DNA of 64,000 bases, from positions 416,001 through 480,000 of the forward strand of contig CAVVCZ010000004.1 of assembly GCA_963746845.1 (NCBI GenBank), read 5' to 3'. This DNA comes from an uncultured Chloroflexia bacterium. GTDB taxonomy: Bacteria; Chloroflexota; Limnocylindria; Limnocylindrales; CSP1-4. Within the stretch, counting starts at the first letter, position 1, and each line of letters begins with the position of its first letter. The notes below the pieces were generated by a model. That model did not search any database. It had not been told where the DNA came from and was given only the letters and a program-made list of their open reading frames with translations. This document shows positions 47,735 to 57,683 of the stretch, one piece after another. Position numbers and translations under genes: made by a program.

Positions 47735-48343
47735 CTAGCTGTCGAACGGCGCCTGCGCGATCTCCTCGAGCAGGCCCGTGGCGACCATCTCCGCGGCCGG
47801 GCAGGTCGGCTTGCGCGACGCCTGGTCGACGATGCGGGCGGTGAACTCCCGCTTGAAGTCGACCCGGGGATACGCGGCAAGCAATCCGGCGATGATCGCG
47901 GGTTGAACGTCGGCGAAGCGGTGGCCGGTCACGTCGGTGCCGGCCGAGTCCCAGAGCAGCACGACCTCGGACGCGGTATCTGGCGGCAGGTTCTCGTCAT
48001 TGTGCAGCGCGATCACGTCGTGGATCGCTCGGGCGCGCGCCTCCGGTTCCCCGGCCTCGCGCACGAGCCGCTCCGCGGCGATCGCGCCGTCGACCTCGTA
48101 GCAGCCGCCGATGTCGTACGCCGGAATCAGGCCGATGTCGTGGAGCATCGCGGACACGTAGAGGATCTCGGGATCGAACTGGAGCCGGTCGTGCCGCGCC
48201 AGCTCGACGGCCCAGGCATAGACCCGGACCGAGTGGTTCACGAGGAAGGGTGCCGTAACGTCCGCGATGAGCTCCCGGGCTCGCCGCGCGAGCGCGGAAT
48301 CCGGAAGGGGCATCCCGAGCTCGATGAGTGCCTCGTCCATCAT
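47735..48343 (-). CDS. HD-domain protein (cyanamide-hydratase-like family); start uncertain
   Basis: NHSVRVY, MLHDIGL, EVDGA, IALH. Confidence 0.8.
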   Translation of the reverse strand: MMDEALIELGMPLPDSALARRARELIADVTAPFLVNHSVRVYAWAVELARHDRLQFDPEILYVSAMLHDIGLIPAYDIGGCYEVDGAIAAERLVREAGEPEARARAIHDVIALHNDENLPPDTASEVVLLWDSAGTDVTGHRFADVQPAIIAGLLAAYPRVDFKREFTARIVDQASRKPTCPAAEMVATGLLEEIAQAPFDS

Positions 48344-48421
48344 CTGATCCGCCGGTTGGCCACCGAGCTTCGCCGCCACGGTTGCAGGCGACCGTGACGA
48401 TCCCTCGTGACATGCCGCGTG

Positions 48422-49933
48422 TCACGTCCCGTCGGACGCGTCCTTCTTCTGCGTGTCGGCGATCCGCTTGCGGTTCTCCTCGCGCGGACGCAATCCATCG
48501 CTCATCGACGCCATCGGCCTGTCCGTTCGCTGCTTCCGTAGAGGGCGTTCCTTGCGGGCCGCCTCGCGTGCGGCCATCCGCGCCGCGATCGTCGCCTCGT
48601 AACCCTGATCGCCCGGGACGTAATAGCGACCACCGACCAACTCGTCGGGGAGGTACTGCTGTTCGATGTCGTCACCCTCGAAGTCGTGCGGGAACTTGTA
48701 GCCCACCCCGATGCCGTGCGCCTTCATCCGACGATCACCCGCCGAGCGGAGGTGGTTCGGAACGGGGAGCGACCCGTGTTTGAGGACGTCCGCCATCGCT
48801 GCGCCGTACGCGCGGCCGATGGAGTCGGACTTGGGAGACGACGAAAGATGGACCGTCGCCTGGGCGAGGGCGAACTGGGCTTCCGGCAGCCCGACGTGGT
48901 CGAGCGCCTGCGCGGCCGCGACGGCGACCTGGAGCGCCCGCGGGTCGGCATTCCCGACGTCCTCGGACGCGCTGATGATCAGCCGCCGGGCGATGAACCG
49001 GGGATCCTCGCCGGCCGCGATCATCGCCGCGAGCCAGTACAGCGCGGCATCCGGGTCGTTGCCGCGCAGGCTCTTGATGAACGCCGACACCGTGTCGTAG
49101 TGACCGTCCCCGGCGCGGTCGTAGGCGAGGATCCGTTGCTGGGCGGCCGCCTCGACATCCTCCAGTCGCGGCGAGACCCGCCCGTCGGAGTCGCGGACCC
49201 CCTCGGCCTCGGCCAGCGCGACCGCCCCCTCGAGCACGTTCATCGCGGTCCGTGCATCCCCGCCCGAGAGCGAGATCAGGTGGTCGAACGCCGCCGGCTC
49301 CAGCGCGATGCCGCCGTCCGGCCCGAGACCGCCCGCGAGCCCGCGCTCCGGGTCCTCCAGGGCGCGGCGCACCACCGTTGCGACGTCGTCGTCGGACAGC
49401 GTGTCGAGCCGCCAGACCCGCATCCGCGAGAGGAGGGCGGCATTCACCTCGAAGTACGGGTTCTCGGTCGTCGCCCCGATCAATGTGACCGTCCCGTCCT
49501 CGACGTGGGGGAGGAGCGCATCCTGCTGGGCTTTGTTGAACCGATGGATCTCGTCGAGGAAGAGGACCGTCCGCTCCCGGTTCAGCGCGAGGCGATCCTG
49601 GGACTCGGCGATCGTCGCCCGGACGTCGGCGACGCCGCTCATCACCGCCGAGAGGGTCACGAAGTGCGCACCGACCTCCTGGGCGAGGAGCCGGGCGAGG
49701 CTCGTCTTGCCGGTACCCGGCGGGCCCCACAGGAGCGTCGAGGAGAGGTGACCCCGGGCGACGCTGCGACGAAGCGGGCCGCGCTCGCCGACGAGGTGCT
49801 CCTGGCCGACGAATTCCGCGAGGGTCCGCGGGCGCATCCGGGCGGCGAGCGGCTGTCGCTCGGGCGGGGGCTGGAAGAGGCTCTCCGGCCGCGCGCCGCC
49901 GGAGCGGGCGGCGGGGGGACGTCGGGTCGGCAC
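48422..49933 (-). CDS. rarA: Replication-associated recombination protein A
   Basis: PLAARMRP, WGPPGTGKT, DEIHRFNKAQQD, SAFIKSLRG, ASEDVGNADP. Confidence 0.96.
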   Translation of the reverse strand: MPTRRPPAARSGGARPESLFQPPPERQPLAARMRPRTLAEFVGQEHLVGERGPLRRSVARGHLSSTLLWGPPGTGKTSLARLLAQEVGAHFVTLSAVMSGVADVRATIAESQDRLALNRERTVLFLDEIHRFNKAQQDALLPHVEDGTVTLIGATTENPYFEVNAALLSRMRVWRLDTLSDDDVATVVRRALEDPERGLAGGLGPDGGIALEPAAFDHLISLSGGDARTAMNVLEGAVALAEAEGVRDSDGRVSPRLEDVEAAAQQRILAYDRAGDGHYDTVSAFIKSLRGNDPDAALYWLAAMIAAGEDPRFIARRLIISASEDVGNADPRALQVAVAAAQALDHVGLPEAQFALAQATVHLSSSPKSDSIGRAYGAAMADVLKHGSLPVPNHLRSAGDRRMKAHGIGVGYKFPHDFEGDDIEQQYLPDELVGGRYYVPGDQGYEATIAARMAAREAARKERPLRKQRTDRPMASMSDGLRPREENRKRIADTQKKDASDGT

Positions 49934-49985
49934 TGGGCGATGGTACGCGGGTCCGGCCGGGCGAAGCGACCGTCCGCGTCCGGCC

Positions 49986-51848
49986 TCAGGCCACCCGGTC
50001 CTGCGGGGTCCAGAGACGGCTCGGGCTCAGCTCGCCGAGACCCCGGCCGTCGCCCGGCAGCGGCGCATCGGGCACGGACTCGATCGCGTCGACGAACGCG
50101 GAGACGAGCCGCGGGTCGAGCTGGGAGCCGGCCGCGTCCTCGAGGCGGTGGAGGCTCTCGGCGATCGGCAACGCCTTGCGGTAGGGCCGCGACGTGGTCA
50201 TCGCCGAGAACGCGTCCGCGACGGCGAGCAGCCGGGCGATCAGCGGGATCCCCTCGCCGTTCAGGCCGTGGAGGTAGCCCGAGCCGTCCCACCGCTCGTG
50301 GTGATGGCGGATCCCGGCCCGGACCTCGTCGAGGTTCGGCAGGTCGCGGACGATCGCGTCACCGAGCGCGACGTGCTGCTTCACGATCGCGTACTCGTCG
50401 GCGGTGAGCGCCGCGGGCTTGCGGAGGATCGTGTCCGGGATGCCGATCTTGCCGACGTCGTGGAGGAGGCCGGCGATCGCCAGGGTTCGACGGAGCTCGG
50501 GGTCGATCCCGATCTGATCGGCCAGGAACAGCGCGTAGCGGGCGACGTCCTCGGAGTGCCGCTTCGTGTAGCGGTCCTTCGTGTCGACGGCCGTCACGAG
50601 CCCGACGAGGACGTCGAAGCTGGTCTTCTCGGACGGTGCCATCTCGGTCGGGTCGCTCCGGGCGACCCGGATCCGGTTGCCGCCGCTCGCTTTCGCCTCG
50701 CCGAGGGTCACGGTCGCGAGGGACAGGAGCTCGGTGGCGGCCTCGCCGTCGACCGGCGCGAAACAGATCCCGGCGCTGACGGTGAGCGGCAGCCGCTCGG
50801 ACGAGCCGAACTGGAGGTGGAGATCGGCGAGCCGGTTGCCGAGCCGCTCGATCGCGGGCTCGAGATCGTGGATGCACTCGGGCGGGGCGATGACGATCAG
50901 CTCGTCCGGGCCGTAGCGCCCGAGGACCGAGGCGTCCGACAGCTCGTGCCGGAGAGCGTTGGCGACCTGGCGCAGCGCGGTGTCGCCCGCCGTGTGGCCA
51001 TGGGTGTCGTTCAGGAGGCGGAAGTTGTCGATGTCGACGAGCGCGACCCCGATCGCCCCACCGTCGCGCCGGACCTCCTCGAGCATCCGGGCAAGGATCG
51101 CGACCGCGGTCCCGTGGTTGTACATGCCGGTGAGCGCGTCGCGCTTCTGCGCCTCGAGCAGCTCGTCGGTCTGGCGGGCGAGCCGGCCCTGGGCGGCCCG
51201 GAAGATCAGGTGGAGCAGGACGAGGAGGATGATCGCGGCGGTCGTCGTGATGATCAGGACGTCCCGCCGACCGGAGTCGGCGGCCGCAAGGACCGGCGCG
51301 GCGTCGCGATAGATCTCGAAGACCGCCTCGACCTTTCCGGCCGGGTCGACGATCGGCAGGTACTCCTCGAGGAGGGTCGCACCGGGCGGGGCGCCGACGG
51401 TGCCGGCGTCGTTCTCGTCCGGGCGCTCGAGCGTGGCCACGGACCGGCCGGAGTCGATCGCCTCCGCGAGCTCGTCGTTCTCCGCGTCGCTCGCGCCCTC
51501 GAGCGTCTTGCGGTCGCTGAACAGGATCGAGCCGTTGGTCGAGTGGATCTTCAGCTGGAGGATGCCGTCGCCGAACGTCACGAGGTCGGCGAGATCCGCG
51601 CGGATGTTCTGCGAGCGTTCGAGGCTCGGTTCGGACCCGGAGAGGTCCGCCGGGGTCAGCAGCCGCGCGGCGAACGACCGGACGAGCGAGCGGTCGGCGG
51701 TGATCGTCGCGTCGACCGCGGCGTTCGAGACGTGCTCGCCGACGATCACGTCGAGCGCACCGGCGGTGACGATGACGAGGCCGAGCCCGGCGGCGTAGAC
51801 GATCACGAGCAACGCGCGCCGCCGCGGGTGGAACCGGGCGCGGCTCAT
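49986..51848 (-). CDS. Membrane sensor with GGDEF-like and HD-GYP domains
   Basis: Two TM helices around an extracellular domain; DALTG, DIDNF, NDTHGH, RYGPDEL; LHDVGK, HHERWDGSGY. Confidence 0.9.
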   Translation of the reverse strand: MSRARFHPRRRALLVIVYAAGLGLVIVTAGALDVIVGEHVSNAAVDATITADRSLVRSFAARLLTPADLSGSEPSLERSQNIRADLADLVTFGDGILQLKIHSTNGSILFSDRKTLEGASDAENDELAEAIDSGRSVATLERPDENDAGTVGAPPGATLLEEYLPIVDPAGKVEAVFEIYRDAAPVLAAADSGRRDVLIITTTAAIILLVLLHLIFRAAQGRLARQTDELLEAQKRDALTGMYNHGTAVAILARMLEEVRRDGGAIGVALVDIDNFRLLNDTHGHTAGDTALRQVANALRHELSDASVLGRYGPDELIVIAPPECIHDLEPAIERLGNRLADLHLQFGSSERLPLTVSAGICFAPVDGEAATELLSLATVTLGEAKASGGNRIRVARSDPTEMAPSEKTSFDVLVGLVTAVDTKDRYTKRHSEDVARYALFLADQIGIDPELRRTLAIAGLLHDVGKIGIPDTILRKPAALTADEYAIVKQHVALGDAIVRDLPNLDEVRAGIRHHHERWDGSGYLHGLNGEGIPLIARLLAVADAFSAMTTSRPYRKALPIAESLHRLEDAAGSQLDPRLVSAFVDAIESVPDAPLPGDGRGLGELSPSRLWTPQDRVA

Positions 51849-51993
51849 GACGGTCGACGCGGGGCGCAAGGCAGCACGATGGGCGGGAACCTACCGAGGC
51901 CGGTGCGAGGTGTCGATGGGACCTTCGGGGGACCGGGTTCGCCGACCGGCGGGCCCCACGACCGCGCTGGGGGCGCGGGTCAGATGCTCGCGA

Positions 51994-52377
51994 TCAGAGC
52001 GTGAACAGGTGGAGGCCGTTCACGAGGACGTCGAGGACGGCCAGGATCGCGATCAGGAAGCCGCCGACGACGGCGATGCGGCGCACGTCACGCTGGACGT
52101 AGCGGTACTCCTCCTGCGCACGCGCCGCCAGCGGCACCGACGAGTACGAAACGCCGGCGGTCGCTTCGGCGTCCGCCTTGCGGCCTCGCTCTCGGGCGTC
52201 CCGGGCCGCAGTCGCCGCCTTCTCCTCCGCGACGATCTCGGCCTCGATCTCCGCCGCCCGCGCCTCTTCCTCGGGCGTGACGGACGTGACCGGCGTGGCG
52301 GTCTCGGGCCGTGAAGCCGTCCGCTGGAGCGGTCGTCGCTGGCCGGGCCGGGCGGCGACGCGGGAGCGTTTGGCCAT
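51994..52377 (-). CDS. Small protein with basic N-terminus and C-terminal TM helix
   Basis: MAKRSR...EYRYVQRDVRRIAVVGG + TM; TGCTATCCT promoter upstream. Confidence 0.7.
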   Translation of the reverse strand: MAKRSRVAARPGQRRPLQRTASRPETATPVTSVTPEEEARAAEIEAEIVAEEKAATAARDARERGRKADAEATAGVSYSSVPLAARAQEEYRYVQRDVRRIAVVGGFLIAILAVLDVLVNGLHLFTL

Positions 52378-52533
52378 GGGTCGGGTGATTCTCCGTCGAT
52401 CGATGGCGTGGATCGCGCGGAGGATAGCATCCGGACCCCGGCGGACCGGCCTGGTGATCGGACGATGAGGGCCGTTTGCTAGACTCGGGCGGCCCGCTCG
52501 TTCCAGCGTCGACCGCTCCGGGAGGACTCGGCC

Positions 52534-53085
52534 ATCGACCTCAATGCCGCCGTGGAGCCGATCGTCGGAGTGGCGATCGTCGGCCTCGTCATGGCCGCGA
52601 TCGTGCTCCTTGTCCTGGTCGTGTTCCTCGCCCGGCAGACCGGTCAGCTCCGGCGCCGGCTCGACGGGCTGACCCGCGGTTCGGACGGCAAGAGCCTGGA
52701 CGCCGTCCTCGACGCCCACCTCGACAAGGTCTACGCCGTCGCCGCGGAGCTCGACGAGCTGTCCGCCCGGTCGGCCGTCCTGGAGGCCGTCGGCCGGCGC
52801 TCGATCCAGCGCGTCGGGCTCGTCCGCTTCAACCCGTTCGAGGACACGGGCGGGAACCAGAGCTTCGCGCTCGCGCTCATCGACGCCAAGGGCGACGGGT
52901 TCGTGATCAGCAGCCTGCACTCGCGGACCGGGACGCGGGTCTACGCGAAGTCGATCAGCGACGGGCGCTCGGACGGCGCGCTGTCCGACGAGGAGCGAGA
53001 GGCCCTCCGATCGGCGCTCGTCGGCCCGGCCGGTGCCGGCTCCGACGCGGGACGAGGCCGCGAACGCGTGGCCGGACCGGTCTGA
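52534..53085 (+). CDS. DUF4446 family membrane protein; start ATC 52534 or GTG 52552
   Basis: TM helix, coiled coil, VGLVRFNPFEDTGGNQSFALALID...LHSR...YAK. Confidence 0.87.
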   Translation: MDLNAAVEPIVGVAIVGLVMAAIVLLVLVVFLARQTGQLRRRLDGLTRGSDGKSLDAVLDAHLDKVYAVAAELDELSARSAVLEAVGRRSIQRVGLVRFNPFEDTGGNQSFALALIDAKGDGFVISSLHSRTGTRVYAKSISDGRSDGALSDEEREALRSALVGPAGAGSDAGRGRERVAGPV

Positions 53086-53122
53086 CAGCCAAGGTGTCAC
53101 GGGGTCGGGCGATGCTGCGGTC

Positions 53123-56100
53123 ATGGCTCCCGATCCCATCTCTCTTCGCGAGGCCGTGAGTCGGTCGCGCGCGCGGCGCGAGCCCGTGCCGCTCGAGCAG
53201 ATCCCGATGTGGGACGGCTTCGTCGCCGATCCGCCGGACATCGGCGACGGTGACCCGCCCGCGGGCCTGGACGCGCTGCTCGGCGGGCTGAACCCGGATC
53301 AGCTCCGGGCGGTGACCCACGGCGACGGGCCGCTGCTCGTGGTCGCGGGGGCCGGCACGGGCAAGACCCAGGTGATCACGCGCCGCATCGCCTGGCTGAT
53401 CGCGACCCGGCGGGCACGGCCGTCGGAGATCCTCGCGCTCACCTTCACGGAGAAGTCGGCCGCGGAGATGCAGACGCGGGTCGACCAGCTCGTGCCGTAC
53501 GGGTACACGGACACGACGATCGGCACGTTCCACGCCTTCGGCGATCGGCTGATCCGCGAGTACGCGCTCGAGCTCGGGCTGCCCTCGGATGTCCGCGTGC
53601 TCAGCCGCGCCGAGGCCGTGATCTTCCTCCACGAGCACCTCTTCGCGTTCGAGTTGGACGAATACCGGCCACTCGGCGACCCGACCCGGTTCCTGGGGGC
53701 GCTCGCGGGGTTGTTCAGCCGGTCCAAGGACGAGGACGTCTCGCCCGAGGCCTACCGCGTCTGGGCGGAGGGTCTCGCGACGGCCGCGGTGGCGGACCCC
53801 GACGATGCCGCGCTTGCCCAGCGCGCCCGCCAGCAGGTCGAGCTGGCGGCGGCCTACGCCCGGTACCAGGAGCTGCTCATCGCCAACGGCTGCATCGACT
53901 TCGGCGACCAGGTCGCGCTTGCGCTCCGGCTCGTGCGCGAGTCCCCGGCGGCCCGCGCGGAGGTCCAGGCGCGGTTCCGGCACATCCTCGTCGACGAGTT
54001 CCAGGACACGAACCGGTCCCAGTCGGAGCTCGTCGCGATCGTCGCGGAGCCACACCGGAACCTCACGGTCGTCGGCGACGACGACCAGTCGATCTACCGG
54101 TTCCGGGGTGCCGCGATCAGCAACATCCTCGGGTTCCAGGAGCGCTACCCGTCGTCACGGACGATCGTCCTGCGGCGGAACTATCGATCCCGACCGGGGA
54201 TCCTGGACGCCGCAGGGCGACTGATCCGGTTCAACGACCCGGATCGGCTCGAGGCACGCGCGGGCATCGTCAAGGGACTCGTCCCCGAGCGGGGGATCGA
54301 CCCGGCCGGACGTCCCGTCCGCCACGAGTCGCATCCATCCGGGAGCGACGAGGCGGATCGGATCGCGCGGGAGATCGCCGAGCGCATCCGCGACGGGGCG
54401 CGGCCGCGCGACATCGCGGTCCTCGTCCGGGCGAACGGCCACGCCGAGTCGATCCTGCGGAGCCTCGAGACGGCCGGTGTCCCGTGGCGGTTCTCGGGCT
54501 CGGCGGGTCTGTACGCCCGGCCGGAGGTCCGCCGGCTGCTCGCCTTCCTGCGGGCGATCGCGGACCTCGGGTCGTCGGTCGACGTCTACGCGATCGCGAC
54601 CGGCGAGCCCTACGCGCTCGGTGGTCCGGACCTGACGACGATCGTCACCAGCGCCCGCCGACGGAACCGGACGGTCTGGGAGGTGTTCGAGGAGCTCGAC
54701 CGGCAACCCGGCATCCTTCGGCTCGATCCGGAGACACGGGCGTCCGTGAAGCGGCTCGTCGAGGACCTGCGCGAGCTGTCGGCGCTGGCGCACGAGCGTC
54801 CGTCCGGCGAGGTCCTCTATGCATTCCTTCGGCGGACCGGCACGATCGCCCGTCTCGCGGCCGAGTCGACGGCCGGTGCGGAGGAGGCCCTCCGGAACAT
54901 TGCCCGGTTCTTCGAGATCGTCCGGGCCCAGTCGGGCCTCCTCGCGGACGACCGTCCGACCTTCCTGGCCCGGCACCTCCAGACGCTGATCGAGGCCGGC
55001 GACGACCCGGCGACGGCGGACCTCGACCCGGACGCGGACGCGGTCGCGGTCCTCACGGTCCACAAGGCGAAGGGGCTCGAGTTCCCGTTCGTGTACCTGC
55101 CCGGGCTCGTCGCGGGTCGCTTCCCGACGCCGAACCGGCGCGAGTCGCTGGCGATGCCGCCGGAGCTCGTCGGCGAGCCGTCGACGAGTGACGAAGAGGT
55201 CCAGCTGCGCGAGGAGCGACGGCTCTTCTACGTGGCGATGACCCGAGCCCGCGACGAGCTCGTCCTGTCCCATGCGGCGGACTACGGCGGGATCGGGACC
55301 CGGCGCGTCTCGCCGTTCGTCCTCGAGGCGCTGGACCTGACGCCGGCGGCGGTCGAGCCGAAGATCCGGGCCGCGACCGCGATGGACCGGATCGGTGCGA
55401 TCGGCGAAAGGCAACCGCAGCCAACGACGGCCCCTCGCGGACCGGTGACGGAGCCCCTTACGCTGTCGTTCTCGGCGATCGACGACTACCTCAGCTGCCC
55501 GCTGAAGTACAAGCTCGGGCACGTGGTCCGGGTGCCGGTCCCGCCCCACCACGCGATGATCTACGGGTCCGCCCTCCACCGCGCCGTCCAGGAGTTCCAC
55601 CGATGGCACGCCCGTGGCGACGTGATGAGCGACGACGAGCTCGCCGCGTCGTTCGAGGCCGCGTGGACGAACGAGGGCTTCCTGTCGCGGGATCATGAGG
55701 AGGCTCGCCTTGCGGCGGGTCGCGCGACGCTGCGCCGCTTCCGGGCCGCCCAGCTGGAGCCCGGGGCCGTCATCCCCGCCTACGTCGAGCGCGAGTTCTC
55801 CTTCTCGCTCGACGGCGACCGGATCCGCGGCCGATGGGACCGGGTCGACATCGAGCCCGCCGATCCCGCGGGTGCGCCGGACGACGGCCCGGACAGCCCG
55901 CCCCCGCACGCCGACACGGTGGCGCCGACGCTCGAGCTGACCGGACGGGAGCGGGTCACGATCACCGACTACAAGACGAGCGACGTGCGCGAGGTGACCC
56001 GGGCTCGTCAACGGGCGAAGGACTCGCTCCAGCTCCAGATCTACGCGATGGCGTACGAGGCGATGACCGGGCGTCTCCCGGACGCCGTCCAGCTCCACTT

Positions 56101-56281
56101 CCTCGACACGGGCGTCGTCGGCCGGGCCGAGGTCGATCCGCGGCGCCTTGCGAAGGGCCGCGAGCGGATCGCCGTTGCGGCCGCCGGGATGCGTGCCCGG
56201 GACTACACGGCGAAGCCGAGCCCGACGACCTGTGGCTACTGCCCGTTCCGGGCGATCTGCCCGTCGAGCGTCGCGACGTGA
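53123..56281 (+). CDS. UvrD/PcrA-family SF1 helicase fused to a PD-(D/E)XK nuclease (AdnB/AddA-like)
   Basis: AGAGTGKT, DEFQD, GDDDQSIY, TVHKAKGLE, YVAMTRA; SCPLKY, GRWDRVD, DYKT, QLQIYA, CGYCPFRAIC. Confidence 0.93.
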   Translation: MAPDPISLREAVSRSRARREPVPLEQIPMWDGFVADPPDIGDGDPPAGLDALLGGLNPDQLRAVTHGDGPLLVVAGAGTGKTQVITRRIAWLIATRRARPSEILALTFTEKSAAEMQTRVDQLVPYGYTDTTIGTFHAFGDRLIREYALELGLPSDVRVLSRAEAVIFLHEHLFAFELDEYRPLGDPTRFLGALAGLFSRSKDEDVSPEAYRVWAEGLATAAVADPDDAALAQRARQQVELAAAYARYQELLIANGCIDFGDQVALALRLVRESPAARAEVQARFRHILVDEFQDTNRSQSELVAIVAEPHRNLTVVGDDDQSIYRFRGAAISNILGFQERYPSSRTIVLRRNYRSRPGILDAAGRLIRFNDPDRLEARAGIVKGLVPERGIDPAGRPVRHESHPSGSDEADRIAREIAERIRDGARPRDIAVLVRANGHAESILRSLETAGVPWRFSGSAGLYARPEVRRLLAFLRAIADLGSSVDVYAIATGEPYALGGPDLTTIVTSARRRNRTVWEVFEELDRQPGILRLDPETRASVKRLVEDLRELSALAHERPSGEVLYAFLRRTGTIARLAAESTAGAEEALRNIARFFEIVRAQSGLLADDRPTFLARHLQTLIEAGDDPATADLDPDADAVAVLTVHKAKGLEFPFVYLPGLVAGRFPTPNRRESLAMPPELVGEPSTSDEEVQLREERRLFYVAMTRARDELVLSHAADYGGIGTRRVSPFVLEALDLTPAAVEPKIRAATAMDRIGAIGERQPQPTTAPRGPVTEPLTLSFSAIDDYLSCPLKYKLGHVVRVPVPPHHAMIYGSALHRAVQEFHRWHARGDVMSDDELAASFEAAWTNEGFLSRDHEEARLAAGRATLRRFRAAQLEPGAVIPAYVEREFSFSLDGDRIRGRWDRVDIEPADPAGAPDDGPDSPPPHADTVAPTLELTGRERVTITDYKTSDVREVTRARQRAKDSLQLQIYAMAYEAMTGRLPDAVQLHFLDTGVVGRAEVDPRRLAKGRERIAVAAAGMRARDYTAKPSPTTCGYCPFRAICPSSVAT

Positions 56282-57105
56282 CCGAGCGTCTCGACGGCAT
56301 CTCGGCGATCACGTTCGACTTCGGCAACACCCTCGTCCCGGTCGGCCGGGAGGCCCTGCATCGCGTGGTCGAGCTGACGGCGGACGGGATCGTCCGGGTC
56401 CAGCCGGACATCGACCGCGGGGCGTTCCTGGCGGTGTGGGCCGAGGAGCGCGAGCGGCAGTTCCGGGAGAACGTCCCGCAGTTCCGCGAGGTCGACCTGG
56501 CGGAGCGCCTCGTCCGGGTCTTCGCCCGGCTGCGCGGGATGGACCCGCCCGGCCCCGACGAGGCCTGGGACCAGGCGCGAGCCGCCACGTTCTCGGAGCC
56601 CGCCGATGTCGACCGGGCCATCGAGGCCTACAGCCTGGCCTTCGTCGACGGCCTGCCGGCGGCGGCCGGCGTCGATGATCTCCTCGTCCGCCTCGCATCG
56701 GAGGGCCGGACGCTTGCGATCCTCTCGAACTGGCCCCTCGCGGCCACGATCGATCGCTACGCCGAGGCGCGCGGCTGGATGGACTCGCTGCGGGCGATCG
56801 TGGTCAGCCAGCGTGTCGGAGTGATCAAGCCGCATCCGGCGATCTTCGCGGCCGCGAGCGAGGCGATCGGGGCGCCGCCGCCGACATCGATCCTGCACGT
56901 CGGTGACGACTGGGCCGCCGATGTCGCCGGCGCGTCGGCGGCGGGCTGGCGGACGGCCTGGATCGTCGATCGGCCAGCGGACTCGCCGCTGCCGTCGAGC
57001 GTCCCGGACGGGGCCGTCCGGGCAGACCTCGAGCTGGCCGCGGCCTCCGAGCTGGGGCAATGGCTCGGTCCGCGAGCGCCGGACGGAGCGGTCGCCACGG
57101 GATAG
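56278..57105 (+). CDS. HAD-superfamily hydrolase
   Basis: FDFGNTL, LSN, KPHPAIF, HVGDDWAADV; GTGA overlap. Confidence 0.9.
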   Translation: MTERLDGISAITFDFGNTLVPVGREALHRVVELTADGIVRVQPDIDRGAFLAVWAEERERQFRENVPQFREVDLAERLVRVFARLRGMDPPGPDEAWDQARAATFSEPADVDRAIEAYSLAFVDGLPAAAGVDDLLVRLASEGRTLAILSNWPLAATIDRYAEARGWMDSLRAIVVSQRVGVIKPHPAIFAAASEAIGAPPPTSILHVGDDWAADVAGASAAGWRTAWIVDRPADSPLPSSVPDGAVRADLELAAASELGQWLGPRAPDGAVATG

Positions 57106-57210
57106 GGCATTCACCCGATTGGGTGGAGTGGTGACCGGGTGGGACGATGCGCCGCCGACGCCTGGGCGCGGAGGACGACAGCCTCTCGGGCACTGGAGGA
57201 CCGATCGTCG

Positions 57211-57645
57211 ATGAGCGGCGACGAGCCGCACGGAGAGGCCGCGGACGGTGTGCCGTCCGGGGGCACGCCGCAGCCGACCGTGCTCGTCGTCGACGACGAC
57301 CCGGCCGTTCGCGCCTGGGCCGAAGGCGTCCTCGTCGAAGCCGGTATTGGCGTCGCCACCGCGGCGTCCGGACGCGACGCCCTCCGCCTGGTCGCGGACG
57401 GCCGCGTCCACCCGAGCGTCCTGCTGACGGACATCGAGCTGCCGGGCATGACCGGCGTCGAGCTCGCCGCCCGCCTCGCGGCGATGCGGCCCGGCCTGCG
57501 GGTCGTGATGATGACCGGCGACCCGGCCCGAGCGGACGAGGCCCGGATCCACTCGACGCTCGTCGCCACCGTCCTGCTGAAGCCGATGCGCGGTCCCGAG
57601 CTGATCGCCGCCGTCCGGCCGGACGCCACGGCACCGGTCGGCTGA
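57211..57645 (+). CDS. Single-domain response regulator (receiver)
   Basis: VLVVDDD, LLTDIELPGMTG, MTG, LKP; GGAGG RBS. Confidence 0.9.
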   Translation: MSGDEPHGEAADGVPSGGTPQPTVLVVDDDPAVRAWAEGVLVEAGIGVATAASGRDALRLVADGRVHPSVLLTDIELPGMTGVELAARLAAMRPGLRVVMMTGDPARADEARIHSTLVATVLLKPMRGPELIAAVRPDATAPVG

Positions 57646-57683
57646 CCCGGGCGGACCGCTTCGACCCGTAGACTGCTCCGCGC

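Noticed and set aside
55470-56281. Cas4-like nuclease suggesting CRISPR adaptation
   Set aside because: It is the fused C-terminal nuclease of a UvrD-type helicase; no cas1/cas2 or array nearby
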